NCBI GenBank assembly: GCA_023402015.1
Contig: JAEXCU010000013.1
Span: 59,604 to 123,603, forward strand
Direction of reading: 5' to 3'
From: Pseudomonadota bacterium
Lineage (GTDB): Bacteria > Pseudomonadota > Alphaproteobacteria > Rs-D84
DNA length: 64,000 nucleotides
Shown: in pieces, positions 30,605 to 39,112 of the stretch
Numbering within the stretch: the first letter of the stretch is position 1
Layout of the letters: every line of letters starts with the position of its first letter
Program-made: the position numbers and the translations under genes
Notes under the pieces: model-generated
Told to the model about the DNA's origin: nothing
Databases searched by the model: none
Seen by the model: the letters and a program-made list of their open reading frames with translations, nothing else

Positions 30605-30850
30605 GTACGTGATAGGTGATACGTAATACGATTTTCCTTCGTCATTGCGGGGCCCATCGGGACGAAGCAATCCAGTTAATTAATGAACTTTGCCGCTTTA
30701 TATGTAGATTGCTTCACTTCGTTCGCAATGACAAAGAGCCAAGAAGCTGTTATTGCGGGACGCGTCAGTTGCGTCCACACGAAGTGTGGACGGATGGCAA
30801 TCCAGCCGTCTTTGCAGGCAAAGCCGCGCTGAACATTTTAATGGAATTTG
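30603..30850. repeat. cluster of GTCATTGCG/TGGATTGCC palindromic repeats plus GTGATACGTAATAGGTGATACG sub-repeat
   Basis: Shares units with 18372-18600 and 34497-34680. Confidence 0.75.
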
Positions 30851-31261
30851 TTCCGGCATTCGTGTATAATATGCGGGAATCCATAGGGATATGGGTTCGG
30901 GGTCGTAAGAAAACCCATAAGCTATCGGTGCAGTAATGTGCCGTCATTTAATCCGATGCGGTGTCAACTGCACCGTTATCTCCCGTACTTACCGGTCGGG
31001 GGGTCATTGGTTATAAAATACGGGCAACCGAAAGACCAATGAGGTCATGATAGCTTATGATTTTCTTAACTCCCCGACCGCCAAGATTCTCTCTCCGGCG
31101 GTCTTTTCATAGGAAACGGGTGAAAAAAATAAATTTAGCAATAAAAAATTCAGGCGCCTGTTTCCTGCATGCAAGTGCGGGGTTTGTTTTCTTCCTCAAC
31201 CACACATCATCAGAAAACACCCCGTGCTTTTTATGGGGACGATTATACAATGCGCAAAACA

Positions 31262-31345
31262 CGTCTAAGGTATTGTCCCCACCTGCATTGTTATTGCGGG
31301 GCGCATCCGTCGCGGCCACACAAAGTGTGGACGTATGGCAATCCA
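31262..31345. repeat. palindromic repeat unit (TTATTGCGGGG...CCACACAAAGTGTGG...GGCAATCC)
   Basis: Same family as the 30603-30850 cluster. Confidence 0.7.
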
Positions 31346-31927
31346 TTAATTACCGTAATAACAATTTTCTGTGAATGTAAAAATACCTGCGGAATCGTTA
31401 TTGCTGGTGTCGGACGGAATATAGCACGATGTTTGTGATGTGCTGCCGGCCGCAGATGTTCCGGTCATGCTGTCTGCGGTGGGGCAAATTGTGCAACCGG
31501 ATGTTCCGTTTGATGAACTGCCATAATAACCGGGTGCGCAGCGGTACGTGGTTGTTTCATTACATGTATTACAACTGCATGTGCGTGTTGTTTTTTTCTG
31601 ATACCCGGTGGCGTGCGCGGACCAATCAGAATCACTGGTGCAATTGCTGCATCCGGTGCATGCGCGTTCACACGTATCGTATTCATATGTGCATCCACCT
31701 GCGGAATATGTTGCCGTGATATGTTTAATGTTATATCCGGATTTGCATTTGGTGCACGTGCTGATGGCTTTGCCGCCCAAACATCCCAACAGACTGACAC
31801 TGCTGCAACCAATCATTAATCCGGCGGACATTCCGTCGGGGCAATATTCCATTGAACATACATAACCATGTGCGGGCGCAACAAATGTGCATCCCAAACA
31901 GACCATGGTTAAAATTATTTTTTTCAT
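31346..31927 (-). CDS. cysteine-rich secreted protein
   Basis: 193 aa, signal peptide MKKIILTMVCLGCTFVAPAHG, about 28 Cys with CxxC/CSxC/TCxC spacing; AGGAGA RBS. Confidence 0.6.
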   Translation of the reverse strand: MKKIILTMVCLGCTFVAPAHGYVCSMEYCPDGMSAGLMIGCSSVSLLGCLGGKAISTCTKCKSGYNIKHITATYSAGGCTYEYDTCERACTGCSNCTSDSDWSAHATGYQKKTTRTCSCNTCNETTTYRCAPGYYGSSSNGTSGCTICPTADSMTGTSAAGSTSQTSCYIPSDTSNNDSAGIFTFTENCYYGN

Positions 31928-32186
31928 TGTCCGCTCTCCTGTTATTTTTTCAGAATGAAAAAACCACCAACAATATTGGTGGTCAGGAGGTTGACTACAA
32001 TCTTATGAATTGTGCTGTGTATTGTTAATATTTCACAACCCTCCTGACCCAATGGGTCGGGAGTGTATTTTTCGTCGTAATTGTAAAACGGGCGCCAAAG
32101 CGCGCCACGAGATTGTATTCCGACGCATAAGCAGGGTAGTCACACCCCATTGACGGAACACCCGCCAACAAAATAATTATATATTG
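31928..32186 (-). ncRNA. structured RNA leader, family member D (5' UTR of the Cys-rich protein gene)
   Basis: TATATAAT -10; conserved GGTGTGACTACCCTGC block; hairpin CTCCCGACCCATTGGGTCAGGAGGGTTGTGAAATAT; terminal hairpin CCACCAATATTGTTGGTGG+TTTTTT 30 nt before the ATG; homologous to leaders A/B/C with compensatory stem changes. Confidence 0.55.
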
Positions 32187-32204
32187 CCAATGGTGTAAAT
32201 ACAA

Positions 32205-32236
32205 GAAATAAAAAATGCCGATTTGAATCGGCATTT
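32205..32236. terminator. intrinsic terminator
   Basis: aaaaaatgccgatttgaatcggcatttt. Confidence 0.6.
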
Positions 32237-32238
32237 TA

Positions 32239-32484
32239 TTAACGTGTTGTTTGATTGTTGTTTTGCTGTGATTGTTGGATTTGTTTTTTGCGCGACAACA
32301 TCAATTTTAATTTTGCAATTCCCGCGCGGAATTTATCCATCATCGTTGGGGCATCAAATCGTTCCTGTTCCCTGCGCGCGGCATGACGTAATTTGGCCGC
32401 CGCGTTGGCGTCTTCTTGGCGTTTGATTTCTTCGGGTGGTTGGGAATAGTCAACCTGATAAACTTTTTCATCTTCGTATGGCAT
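32239..32484 (-). CDS. small hypothetical protein downstream of virB11-like gene
   Basis: ATG 32482-32484 with AAGGAG RBS; about 81 aa, charged; overlaps the end of the upstream ATPase gene. Confidence 0.4.
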   Translation of the reverse strand: MPYEDEKVYQVDYSQPPEEIKRQEDANAAAKLRHAARREQERFDAPTMMDKFRAGIAKLKLMLSRKKQIQQSQQNNNQTTR

Positions 32485-32518
32485 TACTTGCTCCTTATAT
32501 TTTATTGGTGGGTTAGAT

Positions 32519-33478
32519 TTATACAACCTCGGTCACAGCGCGCAGTGAACCGTCGCGCGATAATTGAACAACGCGAATTTTCTGTTTCATTTCTGCAATT
32601 AAATCTGTTCTGTCGTATGCGGGTTGCGTGTGTAAAATGCGGTCTGCGAATGCGGCGTATGCAGCATCGGCACTTTCCGCGTGAATTGTTGTGTAAAAAT
32701 GGTCATGTCCGGTTCCCAACATTTCCCACAAAACCGCGGCGTTGTCGGTGGAAATTTCACCACCAATAATAACGTCGGGTGTCATGCGAACCACCAAATC
32801 CAGTAATCGTGCATAGTTAAAATCATTCGTTTGTTCGGTACGCGACAAAACAAAGTGCACGCGGTTTGGTTGGGGAACGCGGATTTCACGCGCATCTTCC
32901 ACGGTGATGACACGACTGTTGATATCAATCAATGTCAACAAATGATTCAAGAATGTTGTTTTTCCGGTGGCGGTGGCACCACTGATGATAATCGGACTGC
33001 CGTCATTTACGGCCGTCATTAAACGTTCGTATGGGTCATCGGGGCGCACACTTTCGCGCGGTTTAACCTTTAATAATTTTTCACCACGACGCAGATGATA
33101 GTTTTCAAAACTGACGTCCGGTGCATTGCCGCCGCGAATACTCATGGCGACGCCGCCCGTTACATCGCGCTCATCGTATTGAACGTTTGGACCGGCAATT
33201 GCAGTAAATCTGTGATTCCCGGGCAGGGTGGCGTACACCACCGGCATGCCATGAATGGGATCAAATGGCCGTTCATAAATGTTTGCAACCGTATGAATTA
33301 AATCCACCAGGTATTGTTTGGTCAGAACATCGGCATTATATGCAACCCACGGAACGCGGGCACCGTGCAGACGCATCCAAACCTGGCCCGCGTGATTAAT
33401 GGCGATTTCTTCTACAAATGATGGTTTGTAAAATTCTTCCAGTGGGCGCAGTAAAGATTCCAGAACAACGTTTGACAT
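32519..33478 (-). CDS. virB11: VirB11-family type IV secretion/traffic ATPase (orphan)
   Basis: Walker A ISGATATGKTT, Walker B/Asp box, His box IHAESADAAYAAF; about 320 aa as in VirB11/TrbB; ATG at 33476-33478. Confidence 0.65.
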   Translation of the reverse strand: MSNVVLESLLRPLEEFYKPSFVEEIAINHAGQVWMRLHGARVPWVAYNADVLTKQYLVDLIHTVANIYERPFDPIHGMPVVYATLPGNHRFTAIAGPNVQYDERDVTGGVAMSIRGGNAPDVSFENYHLRRGEKLLKVKPRESVRPDDPYERLMTAVNDGSPIIISGATATGKTTFLNHLLTLIDINSRVITVEDAREIRVPQPNRVHFVLSRTEQTNDFNYARLLDLVVRMTPDVIIGGEISTDNAAVLWEMLGTGHDHFYTTIHAESADAAYAAFADRILHTQPAYDRTDLIAEMKQKIRVVQLSRDGSLRAVTEVV

Positions 33479-33554
33479 TGTTTTAATTTTATCATAAATC
33501 CTGACTTGAATCAAAAAGGTTTATTTGATAAAATTAAGAAAAAGAGAGATTAAT

Positions 33555-34118
33555 ATGAAAAAAACATTACTTTGTGCAATTTGTTCCGCAGTTTTGTTGG
33601 GCGCATGCGCGTCGGATTCTGATGCGCCGTATAATACCGCCGATTTTGCCCAGGGTGGTGCCGATGCGCCATTGTACAACGAACGTACCAGTGAATTTAT
33701 GCAATCTGATAATCAATATTCAAATATTGATTCATACAAACCAAAAACTGCGGCGGAAAAAGAACAAAGTGATAATCGTTGGAATACATCGCGGATGGAA
33801 ACGCGCTGGCAAGAATACAAGGGCGCAATGGTTCGCGTTCAGATTCTGTTGGGTAATACCGATTTGCGCGAAATGCGCCTGCGTTTGATGCAAAATGCCG
33901 ACGGTATGGATATCGACGGCGATGCACGTACAATTTTGGCCAAGGTTGCAGATTACGAAATGAAACGAATTTGTGGTCGCAATGCCGACAGTATTGTTAT
34001 GGTTTACGATCGTCCGTCATTTGATGTAATGCGTCCAACACCATTCTTTGATTATCGGATCGAAGCCGAAGGCGCCACCATGCGTGAATACGGTTTCCGT
34101 TGTGTTTACAATAATTAA
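33555..34118 (+). CDS. hypothetical lipoprotein
   Basis: ATG 33555 after AAAGAGAGA RBS; lipobox LLGAC. Confidence 0.55.
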   Translation: MKKTLLCAICSAVLLGACASDSDAPYNTADFAQGGADAPLYNERTSEFMQSDNQYSNIDSYKPKTAAEKEQSDNRWNTSRMETRWQEYKGAMVRVQILLGNTDLREMRLRLMQNADGMDIDGDARTILAKVADYEMKRICGRNADSIVMVYDRPSFDVMRPTPFFDYRIEAEGATMREYGFRCVYNN

Positions 34119-34139
34119 TTAACCAAAAACGGGGGAAAT

Positions 34140-34469
34140 ATGAAAAAGATTATGTCTGCGGCCGCATTGTGCGGTGCATTGGTTTTGGGTGCCTGCGACA
34201 GCAATGCCGGCGCACAGAATGGCGATACGGTTGTAATTGACTTTGCGGGGTATTTGGACGGGGTTCAATTCCCGGGTGGTACCGCAACCGGATTTCCATT
34301 AAAATTGGGCAGTGGCCAATTTGTTCCCGGATTCGAAGAACAATTAATCGGCGCGTCCAAGGGTGAATCGCGTGATGTAAACATAACATTCCCGCAAAAT
34401 TATTATCCGGAATTGGCCGGCAAAGATGTCGTGTTCAAGGTAAAAGTTCAAGATATCGTAAAAGAATAA
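34140..34469 (+). CDS. FKBP-type peptidyl-prolyl cis-trans isomerase (periplasmic lipoprotein)
   Basis: Lipobox LVLGAC; FKBP core GDTVVIDFAGYLDGVQF...GSGQFVPGFEEQLIGASKGE...VVFKVKV. Confidence 0.7.
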   Translation: MKKIMSAAALCGALVLGACDSNAGAQNGDTVVIDFAGYLDGVQFPGGTATGFPLKLGSGQFVPGFEEQLIGASKGESRDVNITFPQNYYPELAGKDVVFKVKVQDIVKE

Positions 34470-34496
34470 AAAACGCCCGTATGGGCGTTTTTTTCG
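34470..34496. terminator. intrinsic terminator
   Basis: aaaaaacgcccgtatgggcgttttttt. Confidence 0.65.
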
Positions 34497-34680
34497 TGAT
34501 ACGTAATAGGTGATACGATTTTTTAAAACCATCACCCCCATTGTCATTGCGAGGACCACCGGGACTAAGCAATCCAGTTAACTAACTTTGCCGCTTTATT
34601 TATGGATTGCCATCCGTCCACACTTCGTGTGGCCGCGACGGACGCGGGAATGACAAGACCATTTATTATTGAATTATGCA
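34497..34680. repeat. palindromic repeat cluster (GTGATACGTAATAGGTGATACG; GTCATTGCGAGG; TGGATTGCC; CCACACTTCGTGTGG)
   Basis: Same families as 18372-18600 / 30603-30850. Confidence 0.75.
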
Positions 34681-34681
34681 A

Positions 34682-34854
34682 ATATTCATTGTATAATGCG
34701 AATGCATCGGGCGATTCCCGATGTGAGGTGTAGTACCCTCATATAAGACATTTCTCCAACATGGTTGGAGGGTTGCGATATACTTGAATAAGCAACACTA
34801 TTCTTGTAGTAGGTACTAACCTCCAACCGCCCTTAATCACGGCGGTGTTTTTTT
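34682..34854 (+). ncRNA. structured RNA leader, family member A (upstream of small XRE HTH gene)
   Basis: ATATTCATTGTATAAT promoter-like start; hairpin CATCGGGCGATTCCCGATG; GAGGTGTAGTACCCTCATAT; hairpin CTCCAACATGGTTGGAGGGTTGCGATAT; terminator CCGCCCTTAATCACGGCGG+TGTTTTTTT. Confidence 0.6.
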
Positions 34855-34857
34855 AAC

Positions 34858-34925
34858 TGGATTGCCACGCTGCACTTTGTTTGCTCGCAATGACAACGCT
34901 TTGTCGTCGCGAGGGAGTAAAACGA
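34858..34925. repeat. palindromic repeat unit inserted between leader A and its HTH gene
   Basis: TGGATTGCCACGCTGCACTTTGTTTGCTCGCAATGACAA...GTCGTCGCGAGGGAG, same family. Confidence 0.7.
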
Positions 34926-34963
34926 CCGTGGCGTTCCATAAAAAGAAAACCCAAGGAGGAAAA

Positions 34964-35203
34964 ATGTTAAAAGTACAAACAGAACGTGAATTTTACCAAA
35001 ATCTGGGCAAATTCATTCGCCGTGTTCGCAGGCGATCGGGTATGAGTCCGTTTTATGCCGGCAGGACAGTTGGAATTAACGGCACGATGTTCTATGCAAT
35101 TGAAAAAGGCGATGTCGTCCCCACACCATATCAGATATATAAAATTATTTGCACTTGGTGGCCGGAATATCTGCGACAAATTGAACGCGACAACAAAATA
35201 TAA
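34964..35203 (+). CDS. small XRE-family HTH protein (paralog group with 38523-38753 and 53905-54138)
   Basis: AAGGAGGAAAAATG start context shared with paralog B; HTH GMSPFYAGRTVGINGTMFYAIEKG; 80 aa. Confidence 0.65.
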   Translation: MLKVQTEREFYQNLGKFIRRVRRRSGMSPFYAGRTVGINGTMFYAIEKGDVVPTPYQIYKIICTWWPEYLRQIERDNKI

Positions 35204-35226
35204 AAACGCCCGGTTGGGCGTTTTTA
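35203..35226. terminator. intrinsic terminator (bidirectional, shared with lpxI)
   Basis: aaaaacgcccggttgggcgttttt. Confidence 0.65.
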
Positions 35227-36048
35227 ATTATCCATTGCCACAATAAATATTTTATGTTTGTTTGCGGCCTGAATTACCGCCGGTTTATCCACAACAAAGC
35301 ATGTTTTTGCATTTACCACAATTCCACGCAGATGTGCCGCCGCAACCGCGTTTACCGTGTCCACACCAATGGCGGGGATGTCAATTCGTAAATCCTGGCC
35401 GGGTTTGGTCATTTTGGCAAAAACACCACTGGATTTTTTATGATTTTTCCGCATTTCCACCACGCGGGCCAACATTTTTGCGGTGCCTTCGGCGGCCTCA
35501 ACCCCGATAACCTGTTTATCAACGACGACCGATGCGCCAATGTCTGCGGCGCCGATTGTATGTGAAACCTCTATCGCGCGGTTAATATTTTTTTTATCTG
35601 CGGCCGTTGGTTTTGTTCGTGTCTGAACGCCCGGTGTTGCGAACGTTAATTCCGGCGCCAAATCCTGGGCCGCGACAATTTCAAATCCACGCTTTTCCAA
35701 TACTTTGTTCAATGCAACCCCCATGGAATCATATCCCCGTTGATGTTTTTTTATACTGACCAATGCCGTTAATGTCCATAAATCCGGCCATAAATCCGAT
35801 AAATTTGGATGCCCCAGTGCGCCCACAAAAACCAATTTGCGAATTCCACGCCGGCGCAATGCGCGCGCGCCGCGGCCGCATCCGCCCAATCGCACCACCA
35901 GGTCGGGTTTCAATCGCGGGTCATAAAAGTTTTTCAGTCCCACCGTAAAAACATCCCATCCATTATTACGCAGCGCGTCGCGCGTAAAAAACGGCAAATC
36001 CAAGGCGCCGGCCACCACGGCAATTTTTTTATCTGTGTTTTTCTTCAT
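35224..36048 (-). CDS. lpxI: UDP-2,3-diacylglucosamine hydrolase LpxI (DUF1009)
   Basis: KIAVVAGALDLPFF N-terminus and DUF1009 body; ATG at 36046-36048; alphaproteobacterial LpxH replacement. Confidence 0.65.
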   Translation of the reverse strand: MKKNTDKKIAVVAGALDLPFFTRDALRNNGWDVFTVGLKNFYDPRLKPDLVVRLGGCGRGARALRRRGIRKLVFVGALGHPNLSDLWPDLWTLTALVSIKKHQRGYDSMGVALNKVLEKRGFEIVAAQDLAPELTFATPGVQTRTKPTAADKKNINRAIEVSHTIGAADIGASVVVDKQVIGVEAAEGTAKMLARVVEMRKNHKKSSGVFAKMTKPGQDLRIDIPAIGVDTVNAVAAAHLRGIVVNAKTCFVVDKPAVIQAANKHKIFIVAMDN

Positions 36049-36138
36049 ATGTGTAATGGTACGCATAAATGGGGCTGGAATCAAGTTTTGATTTATGATA
36101 GACTTTTAATAAAGTAAAAATTCTGGGGTAAAATTAAT

Positions 36139-36909
36139 ATGAAAAAAATATCATATCTGGGAATTTTGGCCGTAATATTGACATGCAACGTTGCAAATGC
36201 GGCGAAATCTGATAAACAATTTCGGGCCGAAATATTGGATGGTTTGGACATCGTGGCCGCGCGCGACAATGTTGATGTGTTTGCTGATGCCGCGCCGGGT
36301 GAATTGGGACTGGAAGTATATGAAACAGTCGGCGTGGTTGATGCCAATGCAACCAAGGTTTTTATCCCAACAACCATGTACGTGCGTGGCGGTGGGGGCC
36401 TGAATTTGGGATTTGCCACCGACAAAGCAAAATTTGCCGGCCAAGAATACGAAAGCAGTGGCAGTTATACCGTACAATTGGGTCTGGGGTGGAATTTATC
36501 GTCATATGTTCGCACAGAAATTGATTTCCAGACATCTACGTTTGAATTTTCTGACCTGCCACAGGCACAGGCAACATATCGCACATTGGGCGGGATGTTA
36601 TACTTTGACCTGGCACGTCGTTATGTTCATACCGGCGACATTACACGTCGCAGAACATTTGTTCCGTTTATGGGATTTGGTGCCGGTTTTGGCCAATACC
36701 AATTTGACGGCCCCGGTGGCGCAGATGGTTTTGTAATTGCGGCGCCACGCGCGGCAATTGGGTTTAATGTAATGTTTAACGACCTGATTGGGATTGATAT
36801 CATGTATCAATATCAGATGATGATTGGCAACGGATTTGGTTGGGATGTGCGTCGTGGCGGTGTTGATAACATCAGCAATATTATGGCGTCTTTCCGCGTT
36901 AACTTTTGA
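36139..36909 (+). CDS. outer-membrane beta-barrel protein (OmpA-like/OmpW-like surface antigen)
   Basis: Signal peptide ILAVILTCNVANA; alternating amphipathic strands; C-terminal SFRVNF with terminal aromatic. Confidence 0.65.
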   Translation: MKKISYLGILAVILTCNVANAAKSDKQFRAEILDGLDIVAARDNVDVFADAAPGELGLEVYETVGVVDANATKVFIPTTMYVRGGGGLNLGFATDKAKFAGQEYESSGSYTVQLGLGWNLSSYVRTEIDFQTSTFEFSDLPQAQATYRTLGGMLYFDLARRYVHTGDITRRRTFVPFMGFGAGFGQYQFDGPGGADGFVIAAPRAAIGFNVMFNDLIGIDIMYQYQMMIGNGFGWDVRRGGVDNISNIMASFRVNF

Positions 36910-36925
36910 CAAGGGATTGTAAAAA

Positions 36926-37576
36926 ATGAAAGCGAAAATTTTATTTGGTTTGATTTGCATATTACCAATGGCGGCAAACGCGGCAATCCCGTATCGCGTG
37001 GAACAGGTTAAAATGCCCGCGCCCGAAACACCCGACGGTTATGACAGCGAGGCATTTGCCCGCCTGCGTCGTTTTTATGTTGGTGGTGCATACAATTTTT
37101 CCATGTGGCAAAATTATACAGATGACAACGATGTGCATGTCGCGGGTAAAAACACTTCGTCGTTTGAGGCCATGGCCGGCGTCCGCGTATTGGATACGTT
37201 CCGGGTCGAGGCAAACTATATCCGCACAAATGCCAAATACAACGCATTTAAACTGACCGGCGATACCGCGATGATTAACGCAATATTTGATGCGCGCATT
37301 GATAATATTTATCGTCTGTTCCGTAAGCAGCGCTTGGTTCCATATGTTGGAATTGGTGGTGGTGTGTCTTGGAACAGTGTGGACGATGCACATATCCAAA
37401 ATAAAATAACACCGGTTGCGGCGGCAATGGCCGGTTTGGGCATCGAATTGGGCGACAGATTTACATTGGATTTCGGATACAGATACATGTACATGTTCAC
37501 ACCAAAATTTGATGTAATTAATGATTTTGCACCAACCGCGCATCAGTTCCGTGCCGGTGCACGTATAAACTTTTAA
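36926..37576 (+). CDS. outer-membrane beta-barrel protein (paralog of preceding gene)
   Basis: Signal peptide ICILPMAANA; C-terminal GARINF; tandem with 36139-36909. Confidence 0.65.
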   Translation: MKAKILFGLICILPMAANAAIPYRVEQVKMPAPETPDGYDSEAFARLRRFYVGGAYNFSMWQNYTDDNDVHVAGKNTSSFEAMAGVRVLDTFRVEANYIRTNAKYNAFKLTGDTAMINAIFDARIDNIYRLFRKQRLVPYVGIGGGVSWNSVDDAHIQNKITPVAAAMAGLGIELGDRFTLDFGYRYMYMFTPKFDVINDFAPTAHQFRAGARINF

Positions 37577-37578
37577 CG

Positions 37579-38502
37579 ATGAATCAATGTCCATTTTTTG
37601 GTAAATGTGGTGGATGCAAATATGATTTTGCATCTGCCAATTATCGCACAGAAAAATTATCAGAACTGCGTGGTGTGCAACCAACCGGGGAACCGTTTTG
37701 GACACCGGTGGGTGTGCGCCGTCGCGCGGATTTTTGCTTTGGCAATGGCCAGTTTGGATTTTACGAATCGCGTTCCAAAAATATTGTTTCCGTAAATCAT
37801 TGTCCAAACTTGGTGAATGAAATAAATGATATTTTGCCGCGTGTCGCGGCGTTGCCATGGGTGGGGGCGGGGGCGTGCCTGATTACTGCATGCGATAACG
37901 GAATTGATATTGCGATAACGTCTGATGTTTCGTTTTTCAGCACAGAATTCAAACAGGCCGCAATGAAATTGCCGGCAATTCGTATAACATGGAATGACCA
38001 AGTTATTAAGTGCGACGCAACGCCAATTATAAAATTTGCGGGCGTGTCATGCGAATATCCGTCCGGTGGATTTTTACAGCCAACCGTGCCCAGTGAATCC
38101 GCACTGCGTGATATGGTTGTTTCGGCGGCAAATGGCGCGCGACGTGTTGCGGATTTGTTTTGTGGTCTGGGGAATTTTACATTTGCATTAAATGCCGATG
38201 GATTTGATATTTCCGGCATTGGTTGCAATCGCGATTTGTTTAAAAAACCGCTGACGGTGGGGATGCTGAATGGATATGATTGCGTGGTAATGGACCCACC
38301 ACGGGCCGGCGCAATGGCACAATGCCAAGAACTGATAAAAAGTAATGTTTCGCGCATTATTTATGTATCGTGCAACCCGGCGACATTTCGGCGCGATGCC
38401 CAGATTTTGACGCGCGGCGGGTATTGTATGAAAAAATTGGTTCCGGTTGACCAATTTGTGGGCAGTAATCATTGGGAAATATTTTCCGTATTTGAAAAAT
38501 AA
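37579..38502 (+). CDS. 23S rRNA (uracil-C5)-methyltransferase RumA/RlmD-like (TrmA family)
   Basis: Fe-S motif CPFFGKCGGCKY, SAM motif DLFCGLGNFT, DPPRAG, nucleophile region VSCNPAT. Confidence 0.75.
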   Translation: MNQCPFFGKCGGCKYDFASANYRTEKLSELRGVQPTGEPFWTPVGVRRRADFCFGNGQFGFYESRSKNIVSVNHCPNLVNEINDILPRVAALPWVGAGACLITACDNGIDIAITSDVSFFSTEFKQAAMKLPAIRITWNDQVIKCDATPIIKFAGVSCEYPSGGFLQPTVPSESALRDMVVSAANGARRVADLFCGLGNFTFALNADGFDISGIGCNRDLFKKPLTVGMLNGYDCVVMDPPRAGAMAQCQELIKSNVSRIIYVSCNPATFRRDAQILTRGGYCMKKLVPVDQFVGSNHWEIFSVFEK

Positions 38503-38528
38503 AAACGCCCAACCGGGCGTTTTTATTT
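38503..38528. terminator. intrinsic terminator (bidirectional)
   Basis: aaaaacgcccaaccgggcgttttt. Confidence 0.65.
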
Positions 38529-38753
38529 CTGGGTTTTTGTGGCACCCCGGGCCCGCATTACCAAAAATCCGAAATGCATCAGACGTTGTATGGTTGTATG
38601 GGGTATCAGTTTGGTTCCCCGTTCGTATCGGACCAAGTCGTGGGTTGTTATGCCCAAAATTTTGGCACATTCCACCAGGGTAAAGTTGGCGCTTTTTCTG
38701 GCACCACGCAGTGCAATGCCAATATGTTTGCAATCAACCAGTATAACAGTCAT
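38523..38753 (-). CDS. small XRE-family HTH protein (paralog B)
   Basis: AAGGAGGAAAAAATG start context nearly identical to paralog A; HTH FTLVECAKILGITTHDLVRYERG; 76 aa. Confidence 0.65.
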   Translation of the reverse strand: MTVILVDCKHIGIALRGARKSANFTLVECAKILGITTHDLVRYERGTKLIPHTTIQRLMHFGFLVMRARGATKTQK

Positions 38754-38775
38754 TTTTTCCTCCTTGGGTTTTCTA

Positions 38776-38944
38776 AAAAAACACCGCCGTGATTAAAGGC
38801 GGTTGGAGGTTCATACCTATTATGCAATAGTGCTGTTTATTAGATATTCACAGCCCTCCAACCAATGTGGAGAGTTTAACATATGAGGGTATGAAACCTC
38901 GCATTGGTAATCAACCAATGCATGTGTATTATACAATGAATATT
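38776..38944 (-). ncRNA. structured RNA leader, family member B (inverted copy of A)
   Basis: Minus-strand reading: ATATTCATTGTATAATACACATG + hairpin CATTGGTTGATTACCAATG + GAGGTTTCATACCCTCATAT + CTCTCCACATTGGTTGGAGGGCTGTGAATAT + CCGCCTTTAATCACGGCGG TGTTTTTTT; stem changes compensatory relative to A. Confidence 0.6.
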
Positions 38945-39112
38945 TACACAATTCAACAGTAAACATGGCGCGGCTTTGCCTTGCAAAGACGGCTGGATCG
39001 CCGCGGTCGCTTCTCTCCCTCGCGATGACAAAGAACTGTCATTGCGAGCAAACGAAGTGCAGCGTGGCAATCCAGTATTATAATATTCATAAAAAAACGC
39101 CGCCGGTTTCCC
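38945..39112. repeat. palindromic repeat cluster (CTCGCGATGACAAAGAACTGTCATTGCGAGC...TGGCAATCCAG)
   Basis: Same family as 18372-18600. Confidence 0.75.

Noticed and set aside
34682-34854. Leader family tested against known riboswitch cores (SAM-I/II, TPP, FMN, cobalamin, glycine, ZTP, c-di-GMP, Mn, fluoride, lysine)
   Set aside because: None of the conserved core motifs I can recall is present. The family is therefore treated as unclassified rather than assigned.
36962-37858. 298-aa minus-strand ORF
   Set aside because: It is antisense across the second OMP gene and the RumA start. The sense-strand genes have signal peptides/Fe-S motifs and proper RBSs.
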